A DNA stretch of 64,000 nucleotides, from NCBI GenBank assembly GCA_039793985.1, contig JBAMMC010000033.1:7186-71185 (forward strand), read 5' to 3'. Shown in pieces: positions 9,802-18,909 of the stretch. The translations under genes were made by a program, and so were the position numbers. The notes under the pieces are model-generated. The model made no database searches. It had not been told where the DNA came from and saw nothing but the letters and a program-made list of their open reading frames with translations. The DNA comes from Fervidicoccaceae archaeon. GTDB lineage: Archaea; Thermoproteota; Thermoprotei_A; Sulfolobales; Fervidicoccaceae. Each line of letters begins with the position of its first letter. The first letter of the stretch is position 1.

Positions 9802-11034
9802 ATGCTCGATCCATACAAGATAAGAGAGGATTTCCCTATATTTTCAAGTGAAAGCGGGAAAAATTTGGTATACTTAGATAATGCGGCTACGACTCAGAGG
9901 CCTAGGCAAGTCATTGAAGCTATAAAGTGGTTCTATGAGAACAAGAACGCAAATGTTCATAGAGGACATTATCCTCTCAGCGAAGAGGCAGATAGGTTAT
10001 ATGAAGAAGCTCATGAAAGAGTAGCCAAGTTTATAGGGGCACAAAGTTGGGAAGAGATTTCTTTCTTCCAGAACACTACACATGCGATTTCATCTATTGC
10101 TATTCCCATAGTCGAATGGGGGCTTTCGCAAGGAAAGAGGAGGATCCTCCTCACGGTCATGGATCACCACAGCAATATGCTACCATGGAGGAGGGCAGCA
10201 GAATTAATTGGAGCAGTGGTGGATTATGTTAAAGTAACCGAGGGGGGTTATTTAGATATGGTTGATTTGGAGAGAAAGATGAATGATGATCTGATTTTAG
10301 TTGCGCTTCCACATGCTAGTAATGTCACAGGAGCAATTAACCCAGTTGAAAAAATAGCTAGCTTGACCAAAAAATACGATGCACTCTTGGTTGTCGATGG
10401 TGCTCAGAGTATTCCGCATTTAGATGTTGATGTGAAAAAAATGGGGATTGATTTTCTGGCCTTCAGCGGACATAAGATGTTGGGACCATTTGGGATCGGA
10501 GCTTTGTATGCGAGGAAAGACATTGCTGAAGAGCTCACTCCAGTAATCACAGGTGGAGGTGCAATAAAAGATGTGACTCTCGAAAAGATCGAATACGCTA
10601 ATCTTCCATATAGGTTTGAAGCGGGAACTCCAAACGTAGCTGGAGCTGTGGGGCTAGTTGCAGCAATCGAATATTTGGAAAATATCGGCAAAAAGAATAT
10701 TTTTGAACATGAAATGAAGCTTTTGCACGAGCTTCGTAAGATGTTAGAAGAAATAGATTGGATTGAACTGTATCCAAAAAAGACATTTGGCGAACATGTA
10801 GGAACGGTCTCTTTCAATGTGAAAGGTAAGAATCCCCATATAGTTGGGAAAGTGTTGGGCGATTTCTATAACATAGCTTTGAGAACTGGGCTTCATTGTG
10901 CGCATCCTTACCATTATGCGATCGGAGCCGGAGAAGGGACGGTAAGAGCCAGCTTCTATATATATAATACAGAGGAAGAGGTCGAATACCTGGTTTCTTC
11001 GCTCAGAGAGATCAAAAGTAAATATTTGTCTTAG
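9802..11034 (+). CDS. sufS: Cysteine desulfurase, SufS/CsdA-like (PLP-dependent)
   Basis: YLDNAATTQRP, PLP-lysine motif SGHKMLGP, catalytic Cys in RTGLHCAHP. ATG at 9802 preferred over the listed TTG at 9775. Confidence 0.85.
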   Translation: MLDPYKIREDFPIFSSESGKNLVYLDNAATTQRPRQVIEAIKWFYENKNANVHRGHYPLSEEADRLYEEAHERVAKFIGAQSWEEISFFQNTTHAISSIAIPIVEWGLSQGKRRILLTVMDHHSNMLPWRRAAELIGAVVDYVKVTEGGYLDMVDLERKMNDDLILVALPHASNVTGAINPVEKIASLTKKYDALLVVDGAQSIPHLDVDVKKMGIDFLAFSGHKMLGPFGIGALYARKDIAEELTPVITGGGAIKDVTLEKIEYANLPYRFEAGTPNVAGAVGLVAAIEYLENIGKKNIFEHEMKLLHELRKMLEEIDWIELYPKKTFGEHVGTVSFNVKGKNPHIVGKVLGDFYNIALRTGLHCAHPYHYAIGAGEGTVRASFYIYNTEEEVEYLVSSLREIKSKYLS

Positions 11035-11038
11035 GTGG

Positions 11039-12139
11039 GTGAATATGGACTTGGAAAGAAGACTAGCCCTTATAACCAGAAACACGGAAGAAGTAGTCAC
11101 GGAAGAAGAGCTGAGGAAAAAACTAGAAACGGGGGAAAGACTAGAGGGTTACCTTGGTTACGAACCTAGCGGTCTCTTCCATATAGGATGGGTTATATGG
11201 GCATATAAAGCAAAAGATTTGGTAGAAGCTGGAGTAAACTTCAGGTTATTAGAAGCCACATGGCACGCTATGATAAATGATAAGTTTGGAGGAAATTTGG
11301 AGCTTATTAGAGGAGCAGCAAAATACATCAGGCATGGTCTCAAAGCTTTGGGTACACCTATTGAGAAAATAAAGTTCATCGACGCAGAAGAGTTGGTCGG
11401 AGACAAGGACTATTGGGAACTGGTACTCCGGGTAGCAAAAAATACTTCTCTTGCAAGAGCAAAGAGGGCTCTTACTATAATGGGGAGAAAAGAGGATGAA
11501 GCAGAACTAGATTCTAGCAAGATAATATATCCCTTCATGCAAGTTACAGATATCTACTATATGAATCTCGATGTCGCACTTGGAGGTATGGATCAGAGAA
11601 AGGCGCATATGCTCGCTAGAGAACTGGCAGAAAAGCTTGGTAAAAAGAAAGTCGTTGCTATACATACGCCGCTTCTAACAAGCCTGAAAGGAAAAGGAAG
11701 GGCGGGAGGAGGGGGAACGAGAGATGAGGAGTTGGCAGAAGCAAAGATGAGCAAATCCTCTCCTGATTCAACTATCCTAATACATGACTCAGAAGAAGAG
11801 ATCGAGAGAAAATTGCTTTCCGCTTACTGCCCCAAAGGAACAATCGAGTTCAACCCTGTTCTAGAGATCAACAAGTACATATTATTTTACGAAGAGGGTT
11901 TTACCATGACCATAGATAGACCTCCTAACTTTGGAGGACCATTAGAAGTGAATAATTATAATGAGCTTGAGAAGCTCTTTATTGAGGGAAAAATTCACCC
12001 GCTCGACCTAAAAAAGGCTACAGCTAGAGAGCTGGCAAAGAGGCTCAAGCCTGTGAGGGAATATTTCAGGACTAACCAAGAAGCGAAAAAGCTAGCAGAA
12101 GAAATAGCGCGCTATTATAAGTTAGAACTCACTATATGA
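11039..12139 (+). CDS. tyrS: Tyrosyl-tRNA synthetase (archaeal type)
   Basis: GYEPSGLFHIGW (HIGH region) and AKMSKSSP (KMSKS); about 365 aa. Confidence 0.85.
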   Translation: MNMDLERRLALITRNTEEVVTEEELRKKLETGERLEGYLGYEPSGLFHIGWVIWAYKAKDLVEAGVNFRLLEATWHAMINDKFGGNLELIRGAAKYIRHGLKALGTPIEKIKFIDAEELVGDKDYWELVLRVAKNTSLARAKRALTIMGRKEDEAELDSSKIIYPFMQVTDIYYMNLDVALGGMDQRKAHMLARELAEKLGKKKVVAIHTPLLTSLKGKGRAGGGGTRDEELAEAKMSKSSPDSTILIHDSEEEIERKLLSAYCPKGTIEFNPVLEINKYILFYEEGFTMTIDRPPNFGGPLEVNNYNELEKLFIEGKIHPLDLKKATARELAKRLKPVREYFRTNQEAKKLAEEIARYYKLELTI

Positions 12140-12227
12140 GCTTCGTTTTGTACGAGTAACTCAGCAGTTGGTGAAGAGAGAAAACTTAATTTTTGTTTAT
12201 TTTGAGCTAATAGTGAGTGCCCCCGTT

Positions 12228-12260
12228 TTCACCCGGATGCACCAGAATGTTCCGGGTGAA
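12228..12260 (+). promoter_or_regulatory. Perfect 10-bp hairpin in the dnaG upstream region
   Basis: TTCACCCGGA (12228-12237) and TCGGGGTGAA-type complement TCCGGGTGAA (12251-12260) flank a 13-nt loop. A second 6-bp hairpin, CACACC/GGTGTG at 12301-12320, abuts the GGAGG before the ATG at 12335. Confidence 0.35.
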
Positions 12261-12334
12261 GCAGGGAGCTCTTGCACATTACGCTTACATTACATAGGTT
12301 CACACCTGGTTTCTGGTGTGGAGGATGATTACTC

Positions 12335-13585
12335 ATGAAATACATGATAAGAGCAAAAGTAGAAGTAGATGGGATAGTAGATAAAAATGATGTCATAGGG
12401 GCTTTGTTTGGTCAGACAGAAGGACTTCTGTCTCCAGAGCTCGATCTTAGAGAGTTGCAGGACAAGGGAAGGATAGGAAGGATACAAGTAGACCTCAAAC
12501 CAAGCAATGGGAAGATAAGAGGAGAGATAAAGATCCCCTCGAACTTAGATAGAGCGGAAACAGCGTTAATAGCAGCACTGATAGAAACAATTGATAAAGT
12601 TGGACCTTATGGAGCCAAGATTCAAGTCGTGAAGATAGTAGACTTGAGAGTAGAGAAGCTGAAGAAGGCTGTGGAGAGGGCTAAAGAGCTTCTCAAGGCA
12701 TGGCAAGCCTCTGAAATGCCGGACATCAAGGATCTTTTGAGAGAGATAGAAAGTGCGTTGAAGCCAGCTGAAATAATTGAATACGGTCCTGAGAAGCTCC
12801 CCGCAGGAAGTGATATTGAGAAAAGCGATGAATTGATAATAGTAGAGGGAAGAGCAGATGTACTGAACCTACTTCGATACGGATATAACAATGCGATAGC
12901 TGTAGAGGGGGCAAAAGAAAGCATACCTGAGAGCGTGAGACAACTAGCCGCCAAAAAGAGAAAGGTCATAGCTTTCGTAGATGGTGACCATGGAGGAGAA
13001 CTAATACTTAGGACTTTGTTGAACTCTACTAAGGTTGATTTTGTTGCCAGGGCACCTCCGGGAAAAGAGGTTGAGGATTTGGTTGGAAGAGAGATAGAAC
13101 AAGCCCTCGCTGCTGCCGTGCCCGTAGAACAGTATAAAGCGGAAATAGAACGAAAGATCGAAAAGAAGGTTGCTGAACCATCTAAGATTGAGGCGCCTAA
13201 GGAAATAGTCGAGATCCGGGCACAGGCTCAGCCAGCAACAGAAGGAGTAGCCCAGCCATCACCACAGCCTACTCCAGTTACAATCGATATTCCAGAAAAT
13301 GTTCTGAAGGAGATGAGTGAGCTGAGAGGAACGCTTGAAGCAATTTTATACGACGAAAACTGGAACCAGATAGGGAGGGTACCCGTTAGAGATCTATATA
13401 GCAATTTGGAGAAGATCGAGCCAGGAAAGGTGAAAGCGGTAATATTCGACGGCATAGTTACTCAGAGAATAATGGATATATCCTCAGAAAAAGGAGTGAA
13501 ACTACTAATTGCAGCGAGGATAGGAAATGTAGCAAAGAGAAGCGATGGGGTAACTCTCCTTACAATGGGGGATCTGCTAAGCTGA
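12335..13585 (+). CDS. dnaG: Archaeal DnaG primase-like Toprim protein (exosome-associated)
   Basis: Toprim motifs LIIVEGRADVLNL and FVDGDHGGELI. The N-terminal MKYMIRAKVEVDGIV is typical of archaeal DnaG. Confidence 0.9.
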   Translation: MKYMIRAKVEVDGIVDKNDVIGALFGQTEGLLSPELDLRELQDKGRIGRIQVDLKPSNGKIRGEIKIPSNLDRAETALIAALIETIDKVGPYGAKIQVVKIVDLRVEKLKKAVERAKELLKAWQASEMPDIKDLLREIESALKPAEIIEYGPEKLPAGSDIEKSDELIIVEGRADVLNLLRYGYNNAIAVEGAKESIPESVRQLAAKKRKVIAFVDGDHGGELILRTLLNSTKVDFVARAPPGKEVEDLVGREIEQALAAAVPVEQYKAEIERKIEKKVAEPSKIEAPKEIVEIRAQAQPATEGVAQPSPQPTPVTIDIPENVLKEMSELRGTLEAILYDENWNQIGRVPVRDLYSNLEKIEPGKVKAVIFDGIVTQRIMDISSEKGVKLLIAARIGNVAKRSDGVTLLTMGDLLS

Positions 13586-13626
13586 TTAATTATTCCGTTG
13601 ATCTGAGATATCGAGGAGGATTTCTT

Positions 13627-14331
13627 TTGAGAGAGAAGGTTCTAAAACCAGGAACTGTTTTGCTCGAGAATGAAATCCATGGATATTTGATTAAAGAGCC
13701 AGAGATCGACCTCATTTCTCCCCACGAGAGAGTAGGTAAGTATGTTGCTATAGAGGGAATAGATGGTTCAGGAAAAACAACACTATCTGGAATGATATGC
13801 AACGAGGTGAAGAGAAGCGGAAAGGAATGCGATATAGTCAAAGAACCTTATTATGAAGAGGTGAAGTCCCTTCTACATAAGATGCCTTCGATGCACCCGG
13901 TTGCTGAAGCTTATCTATTTGCCGCTGACAGGCTAATAATGCACAGCGAAAGGCTCATTCATCTTTTGAAGAGTGGGAAAAATAGGCTGATCTTAGGAGA
14001 TAGGAGCTATCTTGCGAGTATAGTGTATCAGAGCACGAGAGGAGCCCCTTTTGAAGTCATCATGTCTCTCAACTCTTTTGCCGTTCAGCCAGACCTCGTG
14101 ATATTATTGGACGTAGATCCATCGATTGCTTGGGAAAGGCTGATGAAGAAGAGTAACAGACAACTCAAGCATCTCGAAGCTAAGGAAACCCTCAGTACAT
14201 TGAGGAAAACCTATCTCGAGCTCTATCAAAAGATAGAGAAACCTCCTATAGAAGTGATAGATGCTTCTCCCTCTCCAGAAGAAGTCTTGGAGAAAGCGAT
14301 GAACTTACTGAGAATGAAGGGTATACTTTAG
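13627..14331 (+). CDS. tmk: Thymidylate kinase
   Basis: P-loop IEGIDGSGKTT and the DR motif (LGDRSYLAS). The start is uncertain because the TTG at 13627 adds about 40 aa N-terminal extension. Confidence 0.8.
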   Translation: MREKVLKPGTVLLENEIHGYLIKEPEIDLISPHERVGKYVAIEGIDGSGKTTLSGMICNEVKRSGKECDIVKEPYYEEVKSLLHKMPSMHPVAEAYLFAADRLIMHSERLIHLLKSGKNRLILGDRSYLASIVYQSTRGAPFEVIMSLNSFAVQPDLVILLDVDPSIAWERLMKKSNRQLKHLEAKETLSTLRKTYLELYQKIEKPPIEVIDASPSPEEVLEKAMNLLRMKGIL

Positions 14332-14550
14332 TTTTTCTATGTTTTAAACTTGAAATATCTCAAGTCCTTGTAACGGGAAAACAAAGGCAACTCCCAGCGA
14401 GGAATAAGCTGATTGAAGATGCAACCAGAGGTCTATCGCTGGACGAGTTGAGAGGGTTTGATTTATCAAGCGACAATTAGCTCTGAAGCGATCAAGATGT
14501 GGGAGGTGGATTGTGAACCTATGAGAAGTCCAAAAGGGGTTCCTCGCCCT

Positions 14551-15240
14551 TCAAGTAAGGGAGGAATTCAGCCGAAGTTTTCCCCCTTCTATTTTCATTT
14601 TTCCATCTTTTACTAATTCATAGAGGATTCTCCTGGCTTCAGTTCTGCTGAGTTTCAGCTTTCCTTGAAGGATAAATATAGCGTCGGCAGTACTGATTTC
14701 CCCATACTCTGCCATCGAATCTAGCAGAACTCTGAAACTTTCGTTATCGATCTTTTTACCTAGATATTGCACTTCGGTTATCTTGAATTGATTCATTTCT
14801 AAATATATTTTCTCTCGGTTACGCCGATCTTCTAAAACATATATGTTATTACCGAGCTCTTTCAATCCGAAGACTCTCGCTTTTAAAGCTAGTCCAAGGG
14901 AAGTACCTACATGCGTTGTCACAAAGGATATCACATGTGAATATTTTTCAAGTTCAGCAACCAGGGGCCTCAAGTCAAAGCCTACAGCAAATATAATAAT
15001 CGGAAAGGTTCCTGGAGCTTTCAAATCTTGTTCAAAAGAAACTTCATCCAAGCTGAAGCCTCTAATCGAAATGAAACGTTCGAAAAGGTTCCTATTTATT
15101 GGAGAAAATTCGACGATCGTTGGTTTTTTTCCTTCTCTTAATGCATTGCTCGCCGCGAATGCTGTGAGATATGTAGCTCCAATACCATGGTGGGTTATGA
15201 TAACTGCTTTCAGTTTTGTCCCAAGTATGCTGAGATCCAA
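14551..15240 (-). CDS. Hypothetical protein: degenerate RecA/KaiC-like N-domain plus C-terminal winged-helix
   Basis: AVIITHHGIGATYLTAFAASNAL sits where a Walker A would be but lacks GKT/S. The C-terminal ISTADAIFILQGKLKLSRTEARRILYELVKDGKMK looks like a wHTH. Confidence 0.4.
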   Translation of the reverse strand: MDLSILGTKLKAVIITHHGIGATYLTAFAASNALREGKKPTIVEFSPINRNLFERFISIRGFSLDEVSFEQDLKAPGTFPIIIFAVGFDLRPLVAELEKYSHVISFVTTHVGTSLGLALKARVFGLKELGNNIYVLEDRRNREKIYLEMNQFKITEVQYLGKKIDNESFRVLLDSMAEYGEISTADAIFILQGKLKLSRTEARRILYELVKDGKMKIEGGKLRLNSSLT

Positions 15241-15294
15241 ACCGACTCCCTTATTTTTATATGCAGCTTCCGATTTAAAAATAAGCGATTTTGA

Positions 15295-16149
15295 TTTTTC
15301 TTCTTTTTTACAACTTCAACAGTCGTCTATTACTCAAATTTGGAATACTATAATCCTACTGGGAGCCATAGGGATAGAATAGCTTTTCACATGATAAAGA
15401 ATGCTATTGAGGAGGGAAAACTGAGAGAAGGTGACACCGTTGTTTAAGCGTCGAGCGGAAACACTGCTATATCGGTTGCCTTTATCGCGAGGATGTCTAA
15501 CCTGAAGCCTATTGTAGTTGTGGCAGAGGAGACTTCTTCTGTTAAAGTAAGACTTCTGGAGGTACTCGGTGCGGAAATATTCTATGGGACAGATGATCCT
15601 GTATCGGAGAACTACTACTTAAGGATAGCAAAGAGAATTTCCATTGAGAGAAAAGGTTTGTTCTTAAATCAATATGAAAATAGGAGCAATATTGGGGCAC
15701 ACTACAAAACAACTGCTAGAGAAATCTGGGAGCAGTCAGAAGGCAACATCGATGTTTTCGTGATGGGTATAGGAACTGGAGGAACAATAATTGGAGTTGG
15801 GAAGTTGTTGAAGAAAAGGGAAAAGGATGTGAAGATCTTCGGTGTAACTCCCAAGGGATCCGTTTTAGTTGGAGGTACGGGAAAGGATAAAATTGCGGGC
15901 TTGGTCCATAAATGGGTCCCACCTCTTCTCGACATGAAGATTTCAGATGGTATTGTCGAGGTTAGCTTCAGTGAAGCGAAAGAAATGACTGAACGGTTAG
16001 CTGGCGAGGAAGGAATACTTGGTGGCTATTCCACAGGCGCTGATGTTATCGCCTCCATAAAGTTTTCAGAGTTCTTACCCGAAAGGTCAGTCATAGTTAC
16101 TATAGCTCCTGACTCTCTCTTCAAATACTTGGGAGAACATCAGAAATAG
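15295..16149 (+). pseudogene. Decayed cysteine synthase/cystathionine beta-synthase family gene
   Basis: In one frame: LEYYNPTGSHRDRIAFHMI...GDTVV*ASSGNTAISVAF...GIGTGGTIIGVG. There is an in-frame TAA at 15445-15447, Arg replaces the PLP lysine (GS-x-K-DR), and no start or N-terminal segment follows the stop at 15292. Confidence 0.7.
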
Positions 16150-16271
16150 CAGCCGTTTTCTTACATAGAATGCTGTTCTTTTATTGATTATATCTGATTT
16201 AGCCTATTGAATAAAAGAAGGACATCGGCGCTTCTAAAAGCAAAATATCATCATCAATGCCTAACGACAAT

Positions 16272-17687
16272 CTAAGATTGAAGTTCCTTTTCTTCAATGG
16301 AGGGGTGGTCAGTTCTCAGCAAACTTTTTATGGAACTGCCAATCTCCCTGAAGGAATCGTAATATCCAAGTAAGATGAGTAAAGCCTGAGGAAAAGAAGC
16401 ATAGAAGACCGGTGTTATTTGGGTAAAATAGAAACTGTATAGCGTTCTATTACCTAGGAAGTATAATATGAGGTACATTAGAAGAAAAATGTCAATCGAA
16501 AGCAATAAACCATAACTCTTCAGTTCGAACCCAGGTCTTTCTTTTTCAAAAAAATATAGTGGTATTGCTATGAGAGAAGAAATAAAGACTGGAACGTATA
16601 TTATTGGGGAACCTGCTGCTGGTATGTCAGGGTTGTAAGATAGGTAGAAAGGGTTCCATCCCAATATCCAGTCTAGTGGAGTGCTCGTAGGAGGCCCCGG
16701 AGGTCTGCTTTCTAAATGCCATTTTATAGCTGAATTCAACTGAGTCAAGACCCACAAGACTCCGTAATGAAAGGCAAAGGGAATGAAAACTATGGTTCCA
16801 AGAATAATAGGAAATGAAAGTGAAAAGACGAATGCTCTTACGTAATATCTTTTTTCCCTTGAAAGGTAGAGCAATACAAAAGGTATGAGAAAGAAGCCAC
16901 TGTACTTAACAAGCCCTGATAGTGAAACAAATAGGAGTGTGAGAAGAGGTCTATTATAAATATAGAACAATAATCCTAGAGCAGTGAAGAATGCTAAGTG
17001 AATATCAAGCATAGCAACGCTACCCATATTTTTAGTCAGAGGATCCAAAGCAGCCACAAGAGAGGCTAGGGCAGAACCAAAAACTCCTGAAAGTTTCCAG
17101 CCTATTATACCTGCAATAATCACTATGAGTCCTGCTTCGATTATCCCAGGAAACCTCCAAAATATCGGCTCGTCTCCAAACATAACCATAGAAATGGCTA
17201 TTATGTATTTTCCTAAGGGGGGATGCTCTGGATTAACATACTCGAAAACGCCATTGTTGTCTGGCATGGGGTAGCCAGGGACAACTTTCGATATGCCCTG
17301 GCATAGAGAACTCACCGAAACGTTTCTCGGAACAGCGATCGCTATAGCATAGTTGTTATGATAGTCGTCCTTTAATACGACTCCGCCATACTGTATGGTT
17401 TTTTCTCTGCATTCATTTACTTCATCTATGCTGTTGAGTTGGATTGTATAGCCATAAAGAGTTCCGTTATATAAATACGTTGTCTTCAGCCCGAATATGT
17501 AGTTAGCTATTAATCTTGAACTTGGAACGTACCAAATTTCGTCACTAACGTATCCATTGAGAGAGGAAGCTTGTTCGTATGTAAGATAAATTTTCAGTCC
17601 GGCCAGAACTACAACTACCAAAAATGCTATAATGAAAGCTATCTTTCCTCTTGACTCAAAGAATCTTTTCGCAGGAATCTTCTTCAA
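16272..17687 (-). CDS. GT-C membrane glycosyltransferase, PMT/GT39-like (dolichyl-phosphate-mannose-protein mannosyltransferase family)
   Basis: Polytopic protein. EHPPLGKYIIA matches the HPPLGK motif of the PMT family, and an acidic DE (SDEIWYV) lies in the first loop. Confidence 0.65.
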   Translation of the reverse strand: MKKIPAKRFFESRGKIAFIIAFLVVVVLAGLKIYLTYEQASSLNGYVSDEIWYVPSSRLIANYIFGLKTTYLYNGTLYGYTIQLNSIDEVNECREKTIQYGGVVLKDDYHNNYAIAIAVPRNVSVSSLCQGISKVVPGYPMPDNNGVFEYVNPEHPPLGKYIIAISMVMFGDEPIFWRFPGIIEAGLIVIIAGIIGWKLSGVFGSALASLVAALDPLTKNMGSVAMLDIHLAFFTALGLLFYIYNRPLLTLLFVSLSGLVKYSGFFLIPFVLLYLSREKRYYVRAFVFSLSFPIILGTIVFIPFAFHYGVLWVLTQLNSAIKWHLESRPPGPPTSTPLDWILGWNPFYLSYNPDIPAAGSPIIYVPVFISSLIAIPLYFFEKERPGFELKSYGLLLSIDIFLLMYLILYFLGNRTLYSFYFTQITPVFYASFPQALLILLGYYDSFREIGSSIKSLLRTDHPSIEEKELQS

Positions 17688-17792
17688 TTTATAACCACCA
17701 TTGTAAAAAGTATGTTTTTTTTAAGAGCAATGCATTAAAAATTTTTATCTTATTTTCTCAAATGGTGGTTAATAATACTCTGAGGGATAGAA

Positions 17793-18269
17793 ATGCCTAG
17801 AAAAAAAGAAGTTGAAGAGATTGCACTTGAAGAAGTTGATCTGAAAATAATAAAAGCATTAGCTGGAAATGCTAGAGGCAGTTTGAAAGAAATTTCGGAA
17901 GTTGTCGGCATTCCAATTTCAACTGCTTTCTCTAGGATTAGAAAGCTAGAGCAACAGGGAATTATAAAAGGATATACCGTTTCAGTTAATCAGGATAAGC
18001 TCGGTTATAAAATAACAGCTATAATACATTTCAGTGTAGACGGGCCTTATTTAGAAGAAATCGAAAAGCAGTTGGCCTCCAAAGAAAACGTCATTTTTCT
18101 CTATGACACAACTGGAGATTTTGATATAATCGCTGTTGCCAGGTTCAAGAGTATAGAGGAGCTCGACAGGTTCATTAAAGATACGTTGAAGAACCCACAT
18201 ATTAGAAGGACAACGACGAGCATTGCTCTGAGAGTCGTCAAGGAAAGTTCAACTCACGTCCCCCTATGA
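17793..18269 (+). CDS. Lrp/AsnC family transcriptional regulator
   Basis: N-terminal HTH (DLKIIKALAGNARGSLKEISEVVGIPISTAFSRIRKLEQQGIIKGY) followed by a RAM/AsnC-type C-domain. Confidence 0.85.
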   Translation: MPRKKEVEEIALEEVDLKIIKALAGNARGSLKEISEVVGIPISTAFSRIRKLEQQGIIKGYTVSVNQDKLGYKITAIIHFSVDGPYLEEIEKQLASKENVIFLYDTTGDFDIIAVARFKSIEELDRFIKDTLKNPHIRRTTTSIALRVVKESSTHVPL

Positions 18270-18308
18270 CTTCAATTTTTTACGTAATCGCACTAAGGTG
18301 AATCTTTG

Positions 18309-18479
18309 GTGAACATCAAAAAACTAGGGAAAGCTCTGAGCGTCACAACTTTGATTTCAGTTATCATTGCCGTTGTTATGGCTGCCGTTGCTTATTATTT
18401 GACAAGAGAGAAGGAACATATATTTGAACTCATGCTCTTTCTGGTGATTTTTATTTTTGTTATGAAAATAAGGATATAG
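18309..18479 (+). CDS. Possible 56-aa two-TM membrane peptide
   Basis: GTG start with AAGGTGA upstream. Translation: VNIKKLGKALSVTTLISVIIAVVMAAVAYYLTREKEHIFELMLFLVIFIFVMKIRI. Below the ORF-track cutoff; no homology evidence. Confidence 0.3.
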   Translation: MNIKKLGKALSVTTLISVIIAVVMAAVAYYLTREKEHIFELMLFLVIFIFVMKIRI

Positions 18480-18608
18480 CGGCCCGGCACCAGCTTGGGG
18501 CCCCTGCGAGCCCTCTCGGCGCTCACTGGGAACCCCAACGCGGCTGGCTTAACTTCCGGGATCTGACGAGACCGGGTGTTGCCCAGCCGCTATGGCCGGC
18601 CCGGACCG
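18480..18608 (-). rRNA. rrf: 5S ribosomal RNA, not linked to a 16S/23S operon in this window
   Basis: The reverse complement reads CGGTCCGGGCCGGCCATAGCGGCTGGGCAACACCCGGTCTCGTCAGATCCCGGAAGTTAAGCCAGCCGCGTTGGGG...AAGCTGGTGCCGGGCCG. It contains the conserved CCCGGAAGTTAAGC block, and the 5' and 3' ends pair as helix I. Confidence 0.9.
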
Positions 18609-18631
18609 TTTTATTCTTTATTTTTCAGAGG

Positions 18632-18639
18632 TTTTTAAA
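18632..18639 (-). promoter_or_regulatory. Candidate TATA box for the 5S rRNA gene
   Basis: The minus strand reads TTTAAAAA, ending about 23 nt upstream of the inferred 5S 5' end. Confidence 0.4.
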
Positions 18640-18909
18640 GATTCATGCCAACAGAATAGCCTTATTTTGTACCATAAGAATTCCGTGTTCTTAAGAAAAA
18701 GGAAGTTCAATAAAAAAGATCATGTGCTTTGAAAAAATCGATCGTTTTGTGATTTAAAGTTAACAATGTGGGTATTATGATTCAAATTTGCGTATATCTA
18801 AACGAATTTTTTAATATCTTTACTACTATTAATAGAAACCTAAAAGCTTACAAACAGTAATCTACCTTTAGAGGGGAGGTTAAATAAACAAGCTTTCAGA
18901 GGGTTAAAT

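Noticed and set aside
12216-12300. Possible archaeal H/ACA guide RNA (hairpin followed by ACA triplets) upstream of dnaG
   Set aside because: The lower stem that could be drawn is only about 4 bp, and I could not define a convincing pseudouridylation pocket or K-turn. It is kept only as a generic structured-leader observation.
14502-14515. Exact 14-mer GGAGGTGGATTGTG shared with the reverse complement of 58554..58567
   Set aside because: For a 64-kb window on both strands, on the order of ten chance 14-mer matches are expected, so the exact match alone is not evidence. Only the weaker extended similarity is mentioned, in the finding for 14332..14550.
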